From Candidatus Puniceispirillum sp. (GTDB lineage Bacteria; Pseudomonadota; Alphaproteobacteria; Puniceispirillales; Puniceispirillaceae): DNA of 51,603 nucleotides. The notes below the pieces were generated by a model. The model was not told where the DNA came from. It was given only the letters and a program-made list of their open reading frames with translations, and did not search any database. The stretch spans positions 1 through 51,603 of the forward strand of contig JADHLR010000001.1 in the NCBI GenBank assembly GCA_016780525.1, in the 5' to 3' direction. Numbering within the stretch: position 1 is the first letter of the stretch; each line of letters begins with the position of its first letter. Made by a program: the position numbers and the translations under genes. This document shows positions 39,449 to 47,501 of the stretch, piece by piece.

Positions 39449-40336
39449 ATGAGCAAAATCAATATTCAGTTCACCTTATTTTCAGCCTTTTATTCACCAT
39501 TGATTTCGACCATGACTGGCGGGTTTTTGAAAGACGAAGGCCTTGATTATGAATGGTCTGTTGCCGAGCCCGGCGTGACCGCGATCACAGCGCTTGATAA
39601 CGGCAGCGCCGATGTCGTGCAATCAACGCTCAGTCAGGGGTTTAACACGCTGAATAAAGGCGAAACCCCGACATGTGTGCATTTTGCCCAGATCAATGAA
39701 ATGGACGGATTTTTTATCACTGGCCGGGATGCCGAGCCGGATTTCAGCTGGAACAAGCTGGAAGGTGCCGAGGTATTGGTACATCACGGCGGCCAGCCGA
39801 TGACAATGTTTAAATATGCCTGTTATAAAGCGGGCATTGATATCAACAAAATCAATATCATTGACGCTGGCAGTGGCGGCGAGATGGACGCTGCCTTTCG
39901 CGCCGGCACCGGCCAATATATTCACCAGCAGGGCCCGGCCCCGCAACAGCTGGCCGCCGATGGTGTCGGGCATGTTGTGGCGCAGCTTGGGCCGGTGATT
40001 GGTGCTTGCGGATTTTCCAGCCTTGCGGCAAACCCGGCATGGCTTGCCACTGACGAGGCCAAGGCCTTTACCCGCGCCTATATCAAAACCCGTAATTATA
40101 TGAATGACACCAGCGCTGCCGAGATTGCCAGCGCACAAAAGCCGCTATTCCCAAAGATTGACGAAGCGGTGCTGGCCGATTGTATTGGCACCTATCAGGC
40201 GATGGGGTGCTGGACCCGCCATATCGACATCACCCAAGATGGCTATGACGCCATGCTCGATATTTTTGAATATGACGGAAAATTGCCACAGCGCTATGGC
40301 TATGATCAGGTCTGCGCGCAACCGCCTGCGGTCTGA
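39449..40336 (+). CDS. NMT1/THI5/SsuA-type periplasmic-binding-fold protein, no signal peptide
   Basis: FYSPL...GFLKDEGL, FAQINEMDGFFI and FSWNKLEG. GGAG RBS before ATG 39449. No permease or ATPase gene adjacent. Confidence 0.78.
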   Translation: MSKINIQFTLFSAFYSPLISTMTGGFLKDEGLDYEWSVAEPGVTAITALDNGSADVVQSTLSQGFNTLNKGETPTCVHFAQINEMDGFFITGRDAEPDFSWNKLEGAEVLVHHGGQPMTMFKYACYKAGIDINKINIIDAGSGGEMDAAFRAGTGQYIHQQGPAPQQLAADGVGHVVAQLGPVIGACGFSSLAANPAWLATDEAKAFTRAYIKTRNYMNDTSAAEIASAQKPLFPKIDEAVLADCIGTYQAMGCWTRHIDITQDGYDAMLDIFEYDGKLPQRYGYDQVCAQPPAV

Positions 40337-40341
40337 TAGAC

Positions 40342-40426
40342 GATCATCTGGCCAGCGGTTGCTGACTCGTAATTATCTGGCCAGCGGTTGCTGGCTCGTG
40401 ATCATCTGGCCAGCGGTTGCTGGCTG
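40342..40426. repeat. 29-bp triple tandem repeat, each unit containing a hairpin
   Basis: GATCATCTGGCCAGCGGTTGCTGACTCGT / AATTATCTGGCCAGCGGTTGCTGGCTCGT / GATCATCTGGCCAGCGGTTGCTGGCT. Core is GCCAGC-GGTT-GCTGGC. Confidence 0.9.
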
Positions 40427-40563
40427 GCATAGCTCTGGCCGTCTCGGCTGAGCGCGATAAAACGTTCGATAAAGGGCCGGTTGCTGTGATCGGTGCGCAC
40501 CGCCGCGCAAAGCTGACGGGTTAATCCATGTGCGGTGATCGGCCGGGTGACGATATCACCACT
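40402..40563 (-). pseudogene. C-terminal remnant of a MetR-like LysR regulator
   Basis: SGDIVTRPITAHGLTRQLCAAVRTDHSNRPFIERFIALSR resembles, from recall, the last ~45 aa of alphaproteobacterial MetR. No HTH and no plausible upstream gene body. Confidence 0.5.
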
Positions 40564-40662
40564 CAAACATTGAAAACAGGCACGAGTTATGCCAGTTATA
40601 AATCTACCACGAGCGCCGTCGATAACAGGCAGCCGCTGAAACCAGAACAGAGGTGGTGAAAC

Positions 40663-42582
40663 ATGCAAGACCTAAAACATTGGTCTGTCTCGATTGACGA
40701 CGCCAATCTATGCTGGCTGACTTTGGATGTGTCTGGCAAATCAGTGAATGTGTTGACACATGCGGTCATGGCTGAGCTTGGCCAGATTATTGACTGGGTC
40801 GAGAGCCAGAGCATCATTGCCGGTGTTGGCATGTTGTCTGGCAAGCCGGGTGGTTTCGTGTATGGCGCCGATATCGCCGAATTTGAACTGCTCGCAACCG
40901 CAGATGATGTGTTGCAGCATATGCAGATGGTGCATGCTCTGTTCAACCGGATTGACTCGCTTGATGTGCCGACAATCGTTGGCATTGACGGCATTGCTGT
41001 TGGCGGCGGGCTGGAAATTGCGCTGACCTTCGACCGCATCATTACCACCGCAAGCCCCAAGACAAAATTGGGATTCCCCGAGGTCAATCTGGGGATTTTG
41101 CCGGGCTATGGCGGCAGTGGCCGGGCCTATCGGCGGATCGGCACCGCCGCGGTCACGCAAATGATGATGTCTGGCCGGCCATTGACCGCATCTGCGGCAC
41201 AGGCTGCCGGGCTGATCGACCAGACCGTTGATGATGCCGCCGCGTTACAGCCGGCGATGACAAGCTGGCTCACCGCGCAGAACCGGGCAAAGCCGCACCG
41301 CCAGCAACGTGAAACCGCGGCTGACCAGAAGGCGCTTGATGATGCCAGCGCACAGTTTTTAACACGGCTGCGCGCCGATCATACGCCAGCGCCATTTGCC
41401 ATCATCGAGCATGTCCGGCGTTACGGCCACGCCGCCGCCGCCATGAGTGCCGGTGAAATGGATATTTTTCCTGAACTTATGGTTGGGTCAACCTCAAAAA
41501 ATTTACGCCGGGTCTATTACCTGACAGATAAGGTGCGCAAAACCGCGCGCGGCGACAGCGCGATCACAAACCTGCATGTTGTCGGGGCCGGTGTTATGGG
41601 CGGTGATATCGCTGCGGTGGCGGCGATGGCCGGGCTGACAGTCAGCCTCACCGACATGAATGCCGGGGCGATTGAGACAGCCATGAACCGCGCTGCCAAG
41701 CTGTTTGAACGGCGGTTGAAAAGCGACGACAAAATCGCCGCTGCCAAACAACGGCTGCAAGCTGATCCATCGGGTGATGGTGCCGCAAGGGCTGATCTGG
41801 TGATCGAGGCTGTTGCCGAAAAACTATCGGTCAAGCAGGCCGTGTTCAAGGCGCTGGAGACAGTGATCAAACCAGACGCAATTCTGGCCACCAATACATC
41901 CGCCATTCCGCTCGAGGATATCGCCACAGCATTGCAAGATCCCAGCCGTCTTATCGGCCTGCATTTTTTCAACCCGGTGCCGGTATTGCCGCTGGTCGAG
42001 GTGATCTGGTCGCGCCATTCAGATCAGAATCTGGTCAGCCGCGGCATGCAATTTGCCGGGCAAATTGGCAAAATGCCAATCCGTTGTCAGTCAGCACCGG
42101 GCTTTCTGGTTAATCGGGCGCTGCTTCCCTATATGTTCAAAGCGGTGGAGGCTGTTGCCGCCGGCGAAAATGCCGATCAGATCGACGAGGCATTGGTCGA
42201 TTTTGGCATGCCAATGGGGCCCATTGAACTATGCGATCAGGTGGGGCTAGATGTCTGTCTTGATGTTGGCATGGTGCTTGGTATCGCGCCAGCTGCCGAG
42301 AAGATCCTGCGCGCGCATTGCGCGGCACAAAATCTGGGCCGCAAAACCGGCAGTGGTTTTTATCAATGGGATGGCAACCGGCCGATACGTCCACGCGCTG
42401 CGGTCGACGCCGCGGTGATGGCAGAGATTGCCGCCAGCATGCTGGCACCGATGATCGAGCAATGCCAGCAAGCTGTTGATGCGGGCGTTGTCGATTCGGC
42501 AGATAGTGCCGATGCCGGTATGATATTTGGCACCGGCTTTCCCGGGTTCCGTGGGGGCCCGTTGCATTGGTCAAAACAATAA
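40663..42582 (+). CDS. Fatty-acid oxidation multifunctional enzyme (enoyl-CoA hydratase / 3-hydroxyacyl-CoA dehydrogenase, FadJ/FadB-like)
   Basis: GADIAEF, GGGLEIAL, GFPEVNLGILPGYGG, VVGAGVMGG, LATNTSAI, GLHFFNP and GFPGFRGGP. Confidence 0.92.
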   Translation: MQDLKHWSVSIDDANLCWLTLDVSGKSVNVLTHAVMAELGQIIDWVESQSIIAGVGMLSGKPGGFVYGADIAEFELLATADDVLQHMQMVHALFNRIDSLDVPTIVGIDGIAVGGGLEIALTFDRIITTASPKTKLGFPEVNLGILPGYGGSGRAYRRIGTAAVTQMMMSGRPLTASAAQAAGLIDQTVDDAAALQPAMTSWLTAQNRAKPHRQQRETAADQKALDDASAQFLTRLRADHTPAPFAIIEHVRRYGHAAAAMSAGEMDIFPELMVGSTSKNLRRVYYLTDKVRKTARGDSAITNLHVVGAGVMGGDIAAVAAMAGLTVSLTDMNAGAIETAMNRAAKLFERRLKSDDKIAAAKQRLQADPSGDGAARADLVIEAVAEKLSVKQAVFKALETVIKPDAILATNTSAIPLEDIATALQDPSRLIGLHFFNPVPVLPLVEVIWSRHSDQNLVSRGMQFAGQIGKMPIRCQSAPGFLVNRALLPYMFKAVEAVAAGENADQIDEALVDFGMPMGPIELCDQVGLDVCLDVGMVLGIAPAAEKILRAHCAAQNLGRKTGSGFYQWDGNRPIRPRAAVDAAVMAEIAASMLAPMIEQCQQAVDAGVVDSADSADAGMIFGTGFPGFRGGPLHWSKQ

Positions 42583-42623
42583 CCGCGAGCTGGCGTCAAA
42601 ACAGCTGCAATAGGGTGAATGGC

Positions 42624-43805
42624 ATGAGTGATATTTTTATTATTGCGGCAAAGCGGTCAGCCATTGGCAGCTATGGTGGCAGCCTGAAAGACACCGCGCC
42701 GATTGATCTGGCAATCCCGGTAGCCAGCGCGGCGATTGCCCAATCGGGTCTGCCGGCAACGGCAATCGAGCATGCTGTTTATGGGCATGTGATCCATACC
42801 GAACCGCGTGACATGTATTCACCGCGATGCATTTCGATCGGTGCCGGTTTGCCCGACACGGCACCGGCCTTTCAGGTCAACCGGCTTTGTGGCAGCGGCC
42901 TGCAAGCCATTGTCAGCGCCATTCAGCTTATCAGCCTTGGCGATGCGAAAACCGTCTTGGCTGGCGGCGTCGAGGTGATGAGCCGCGGCCCCTATATTCT
43001 GCCAGCCCAGCGTTGGGGCGCGCGCATGGGCGATAGCCATGTGGTCGATATGATGGTGGGGGCGTTGCATGACCCGTTCGGCATTGGCCATATGGGAATC
43101 ACCGCAGAAAATATCGCCGAGGATTATGCCATCAGCCGCGCCGCCATGGATGAATTTGCCGCCGAGTCACAGGCCCGCGCCAGCGCCGCACAATCCGCGG
43201 GATATTTTCAGGAACAGATTGTCCCGCTTGAGGTCAGGCAGGGCCGCAAGTCGATCACTTTTGACAGTGACGAGTTTATTCGCGGTGACACCACGGTTGA
43301 GTCACTGTCCGGCTTGCGACCCGCCTTTGCCAAAGATGGCCATGTCACGGCCGGCAATTCGTCTGGTATCAATGATGGCACAGGCGCAATTGTGCTTGCC
43401 GACAGCGACAGCATGACAACACATAACGCGGTGCCGCTGGCGCGTATTGTGTCATACGGCTATGGCGGGGTGCCGTCACGCATCATGGGCATGGGGCCGG
43501 TGCCTGCCAGCAAAATGGCACTTGAACGGGCTGGTCTGACAATTGATGATCTGGCTGTTGTCGAGAGCAACGAGGCGTTTGCCGCGCAGGCCTGTGCGGT
43601 CTCAATACAACTTGGGCTTGATCCATCGATCGTCAATCCAAATGGCGGGGCGATCGCGCTTGGCCACCCGGTTGGTGCCACCGGCGCAATCATTATGACA
43701 AAGCTGGTGCATGAATTGCGCCGTCGCGGTGAACGCTATGGCATGGCAACAATGTGTATTGGCGGCGGTCAAGGTATCAGTGTTATTATTGATGCCCATA
43801 TCTAG
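42624..43805 (+). CDS. bktB: Beta-ketothiolase (BktB-type)
   Basis: VIHTEPRDMY, NRLCGSG, ESNEAFA, NGGAIALGHPVGATG and MCIGGGQG. Confidence 0.88.
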   Translation: MSDIFIIAAKRSAIGSYGGSLKDTAPIDLAIPVASAAIAQSGLPATAIEHAVYGHVIHTEPRDMYSPRCISIGAGLPDTAPAFQVNRLCGSGLQAIVSAIQLISLGDAKTVLAGGVEVMSRGPYILPAQRWGARMGDSHVVDMMVGALHDPFGIGHMGITAENIAEDYAISRAAMDEFAAESQARASAAQSAGYFQEQIVPLEVRQGRKSITFDSDEFIRGDTTVESLSGLRPAFAKDGHVTAGNSSGINDGTGAIVLADSDSMTTHNAVPLARIVSYGYGGVPSRIMGMGPVPASKMALERAGLTIDDLAVVESNEAFAAQACAVSIQLGLDPSIVNPNGGAIALGHPVGATGAIIMTKLVHELRRRGERYGMATMCIGGGQGISVIIDAHI

Positions 43806-43860
43806 CCATATTGTGATGCGGCGATCATCGCATCCTTTGATAAATGTACCATAGCAAGAG

Positions 43861-45642
43861 ATGTCCGTGATGTATGAAGCTCCTGTCGATGATTATAAAT
43901 TTGTTCTTGATGAGGTGATTGGGCTCGACAAGCTGATGTCAGCAACCGGCCATGACGAGATCAGCATTGATCTGGTCGAGGCGGTGCTGAGCGAAGCCGG
44001 CAAGCTTGCCGCTGATGTCATTGCGCCGCTGAACCATCCCGGCGATCAAACCGGTGCCACCCGCCATGATGACGCCAGCGTCACCACGCCAGCCGGATTT
44101 GCCGATGCCTTTGCGGCAATGGCTGAGGGCGGCTGGACATCGATGGAAGCGCGCGAAGAATTTGGCGGGCAGCAATTGCCGATGGTTCTGACCACCGCGG
44201 TGAATGAATTCTGGCAGGCGGCAAATATGGCTTTTGCCCTGTGCCATCTGTTAACCCAGGGACAAATTTACGCCCTGCAAAAATCGGCATCTGCCGAACA
44301 TCAGAACCTGTTTATCCCGCCAATGGTCGAAGGCCGCTGGACCGGCACAATGAATTTGACCGAGCCGCAGTCCGGCACTGATCTGGCCAGCATCAAGACC
44401 AAGGCGGTGAAAAATGGCGATCATTATCTGATCACTGGCCAGAAAATCTATATCACCTATGGCGAGCATGATATGGCCGAAAATATCGTGCATTTGGTGC
44501 TGGCACGCACCGAAGATGCGCCGCCGGGAATCAAGGGGATTTCCGTCTTTATCGTTCCCAAATTTCTGCCAAATGATGATGGCAGCCTTGGCGTCGCGAA
44601 TGATCTGCGCTGTTTGTCGATTGAAAAGAAGCTTGGCATCAAGGCGTCACCAACAGCGGTCATGCAATATGGCGAAAATGGCGGTGCCATTGGCTATCTT
44701 GTTGGTGCCGAAAATCAGGGGCTTGATATCATGTTTGGCATGATGAACCATGCCCGGCTTGCCGTTGGCTTACAGGGGCTGAGCATTTCTGACAGGGCGT
44801 ATCAGCAGGCCCGGGCCTATGCATTTGACCGGGTGCAGGGAACCCCGTTGGAACAAAAACCCGGCGCACCGATTGTGCATCACCCGGATGTTCTGCGCAC
44901 CCTCGCCACAATGAAAGCCGAAATCGAAGCCATGCGTGCATTGATGATGCTGGGAGCCGCCAGCATGGATCTGGCGCATGATTGTGACAGTGATGACCCG
45001 CGTGCAACCCGCGCCAATCTGTTAATCCCGATTATCAAAGGCTGGATGACCGAACGCGCGCTTGATGTGACCTCGCAAGCGGTGCAGGTGCATGGCGGCA
45101 TGGGATTTATCGAGGAAACCGGCGCCGCACAGCATTTCCGCGATGCGCGTATTCTGCCAATCTATGAAGGAACGACGGCCATTCAGGCAAATGATTTGGT
45201 GTTCCGCAAGACCTTGCGCGACAATGGTGCGGCCGTGACCACATTATTTGATGAAATCGAAGCCGAAATGCAAATTCTGGCGGATCATGCAGATGATAAT
45301 GCGGCGGCAAATGCGCGGCAGATGATCAGCGCTGTTGGCACCGCCCGTGAAGCCACCGCGCATATTCTCGCCGCTGCCAATGATCGGCGCCGGCCAGCGG
45401 TCAACGGGGTTAATTATCTGATGATGCTTGGCCGCTTATGTGGCGGCTGGATGATGGCACGCGCCGGCGGTACAGCGGCGTCGCGGCTGTCTGACACATC
45501 CGCTGATCCAGCATTTATGCAGGCCAAAATGACCACCTCGCGGGTGTTTATGACACATCATTTGCCACAGGTGCAGGCATTGGCGGCGATCATCATGACA
45601 GGTGACAACGCGGTTCTGGGCATGGATGCCGAATGGCTGTAA
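43861..45642 (+). CDS. Acyl-CoA dehydrogenase (long MmgC/DmdC-like type)
   Basis: GTMNLTEPQSGTDL, GQKIYITYGEHD, QVHGGMGFIEETG and PIYEGTTAIQANDL. Confidence 0.92.
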   Translation: MSVMYEAPVDDYKFVLDEVIGLDKLMSATGHDEISIDLVEAVLSEAGKLAADVIAPLNHPGDQTGATRHDDASVTTPAGFADAFAAMAEGGWTSMEAREEFGGQQLPMVLTTAVNEFWQAANMAFALCHLLTQGQIYALQKSASAEHQNLFIPPMVEGRWTGTMNLTEPQSGTDLASIKTKAVKNGDHYLITGQKIYITYGEHDMAENIVHLVLARTEDAPPGIKGISVFIVPKFLPNDDGSLGVANDLRCLSIEKKLGIKASPTAVMQYGENGGAIGYLVGAENQGLDIMFGMMNHARLAVGLQGLSISDRAYQQARAYAFDRVQGTPLEQKPGAPIVHHPDVLRTLATMKAEIEAMRALMMLGAASMDLAHDCDSDDPRATRANLLIPIIKGWMTERALDVTSQAVQVHGGMGFIEETGAAQHFRDARILPIYEGTTAIQANDLVFRKTLRDNGAAVTTLFDEIEAEMQILADHADDNAAANARQMISAVGTAREATAHILAAANDRRRPAVNGVNYLMMLGRLCGGWMMARAGGTAASRLSDTSADPAFMQAKMTTSRVFMTHHLPQVQALAAIIMTGDNAVLGMDAEWL

Positions 45643-45663
45643 CCAGCCTGTCGCCGCACCCGG

Positions 45664-46530
45664 TCAGGAGGGGTCGCGGTGCTGGCGTCCATAGCGACTT
45701 GGCGGTATCGGGCGATAATCAGCCAGCGCCGCATCGTTCGATTTGAAAATCTCTACCAGCAGCGGGTGACATACGGCCACATCCGATGAATGTTCAGCCG
45801 AACAATCCCCACCCGGACAAGCTGACAGGCCACCCAAAAGATCGGTTTCAGCAAAAAATTCCAGAAAATCACCCGGCCGCACCGGGCTGGCTTTCATAAA
45901 ATACTGATGCGTATCATGCGTAAAGCCGGTACACATAAATACATTCAACACATCATGCACCAGCGTTTCAGCAGTCGCATAATCCATTTGCCGATGCGCC
46001 GCCAGCGCCCGGATCAGGTTGGAATGACAGCAATGATGATAGTCAATATCAGCAAGTAATTTTGCCGTATAGGGATCACAGCGGGTGCCGATCACATCAT
46101 GCACCGAGCCGCCATCATCATCCCAACCATACCAGTCAAGCGTATCATGGGTGATCGTTGCCAACGGCCGCATAAACGGAAAGCTCGACCATAGCCTGTC
46201 GCCGGTTGACAGATGCGTGCCATGCAAGGCACGGGTTTTTCCCGAATAAAATTTTTCTTCAAGATGATCTGCCTGCCACAGATTTAAATCCCCGACCTGC
46301 GGCCCCTCAACGCTGACAATGCGAAAGAACTGGCCTGCCGGCACCTCAAAACAACGCGCCTCGCGCGGCGGCACTAAAACTTCGTCGGTCTTTTCCAGCG
46401 TTTTCCGGGCGCTGTGCAGAATGCGGCTGTCGGCTTCTGGCAAGCTGTCAGTCGGATAACAGATCACCGGCGGCGCGGCGCGGCGCGCATCTGCATCATC
46501 TGGCCGATGCGCCCTGTTGATATTTTTCAT
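45664..46530 (-). CDS. Urea carboxylase-associated family protein (DUF1989)
   Basis: EGPQVGDLN, HDVIGTRCDP, CCHSNL, HDVLNVFM and SPVRPGDFLEFFAE...LSACPGG. Confidence 0.85.
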   Translation of the reverse strand: MKNINRAHRPDDADARRAAPPVICYPTDSLPEADSRILHSARKTLEKTDEVLVPPREARCFEVPAGQFFRIVSVEGPQVGDLNLWQADHLEEKFYSGKTRALHGTHLSTGDRLWSSFPFMRPLATITHDTLDWYGWDDDGGSVHDVIGTRCDPYTAKLLADIDYHHCCHSNLIRALAAHRQMDYATAETLVHDVLNVFMCTGFTHDTHQYFMKASPVRPGDFLEFFAETDLLGGLSACPGGDCSAEHSSDVAVCHPLLVEIFKSNDAALADYRPIPPSRYGRQHRDPS

Positions 46531-46613
46531 TGTCGCCCTCCCAAACCGGAAACCGCCCGGATCATTAGCGGCCTGATTATAGCACTGTCAACCGACCCAA
46601 AATACAGCATATT

Positions 46614-47447
46614 TTAATCGGCGGGCACGGCAAATGTAAGCGAGGCCCAAAGTGATTCCCATTCCGCGCCTGTTTCCGTGTCAGGCTTTTTCAGCCGGTA
46701 TAATTTAACGCTGTCAAAAAGATATTGCCGGCCCGGCAACAACGGCATCCGGATCTGTCCATCTTCATCGGCGACGATTATTCTTTGCTCAATATCCCGC
46801 GGCGCGTGGCGAATAAAAACCGTCACCTGCGCCCCCGGGCGCGGCACGCCAGATTCATACACAGCCATCCTGAATGTTTCTGGCGCCGGATGCTGATAGG
46901 GGTTGGTCAAGGCCACCAATTCCATTTCCAGCCCCAAAAGCTGATCTTGGCCTAAAAGCTGATTTTGTCCGGCAGTTGATCCCACCATCACAAGGCTTTT
47001 GGCAAAACGCCGATATTGCTCGACAAGCCGGAAATTTTCCACCTCGACCTGATGATAGAGCGCGGCGATTTCGGCAAATCCTTTTTCCATCGCAAAGCTG
47101 ATGAATTTTTCCGGCTTTCTGTAATTCACAAACAGCGGGCCAGTTTGATGATACAGCAGCGTCAAGCCGGCCTGTGCCGCGGTTATCTGGCCAGCCGGCA
47201 TATCACCAAAGCGGCCGGTGATTGGCCTTTCTCCAGCCGCATCAATCATCGCAAATGCGGCAATCTCATCCGGCGTATAGGGCGATGACAGCCCCTGAAA
47301 ATCGGTGCCAATCACAAGATCGACTGTCACTCTATCACCCGGCTCTGGCTGAAAGTCGGACGGCTCAATCCAGAATTCATGCGCATGTGAAGCCAGTGAC
47401 ACCAGCCCTGTCAGAACACTGACCGCAAGGTATAAGATGATTTGCAT
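46614..47447 (-). CDS. DUF4198 secreted protein (putative metal-binding)
   Basis: Signal peptide ending ASHA|HEFWIEP, plus EQYRRFAKSLV, GLEMELVALTNPY and WESLWASLTF. Start at MQIILY (47447). Confidence 0.82.
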   Translation of the reverse strand: MQIILYLAVSVLTGLVSLASHAHEFWIEPSDFQPEPGDRVTVDLVIGTDFQGLSSPYTPDEIAAFAMIDAAGERPITGRFGDMPAGQITAAQAGLTLLYHQTGPLFVNYRKPEKFISFAMEKGFAEIAALYHQVEVENFRLVEQYRRFAKSLVMVGSTAGQNQLLGQDQLLGLEMELVALTNPYQHPAPETFRMAVYESGVPRPGAQVTVFIRHAPRDIEQRIIVADEDGQIRMPLLPGRQYLFDSVKLYRLKKPDTETGAEWESLWASLTFAVPAD

Positions 47448-47501
47448 TTTTGAAAAACCTACAGTAGCAATGTCATGTTCATTTTTAAGTTCAGACCATT
47501 C

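Noticed and set aside
40342-40426. CRISPR array (29-bp palindromic repeats)
   Set aside because: Units are directly adjacent with no unique spacers, and there are no cas genes.
43861-45642. dmdC (DMSP demethylation pathway)
   Set aside because: Same broad subfamily, but the context is a generic beta-oxidation trio with no other dmd genes, so it cannot be assigned by eye.
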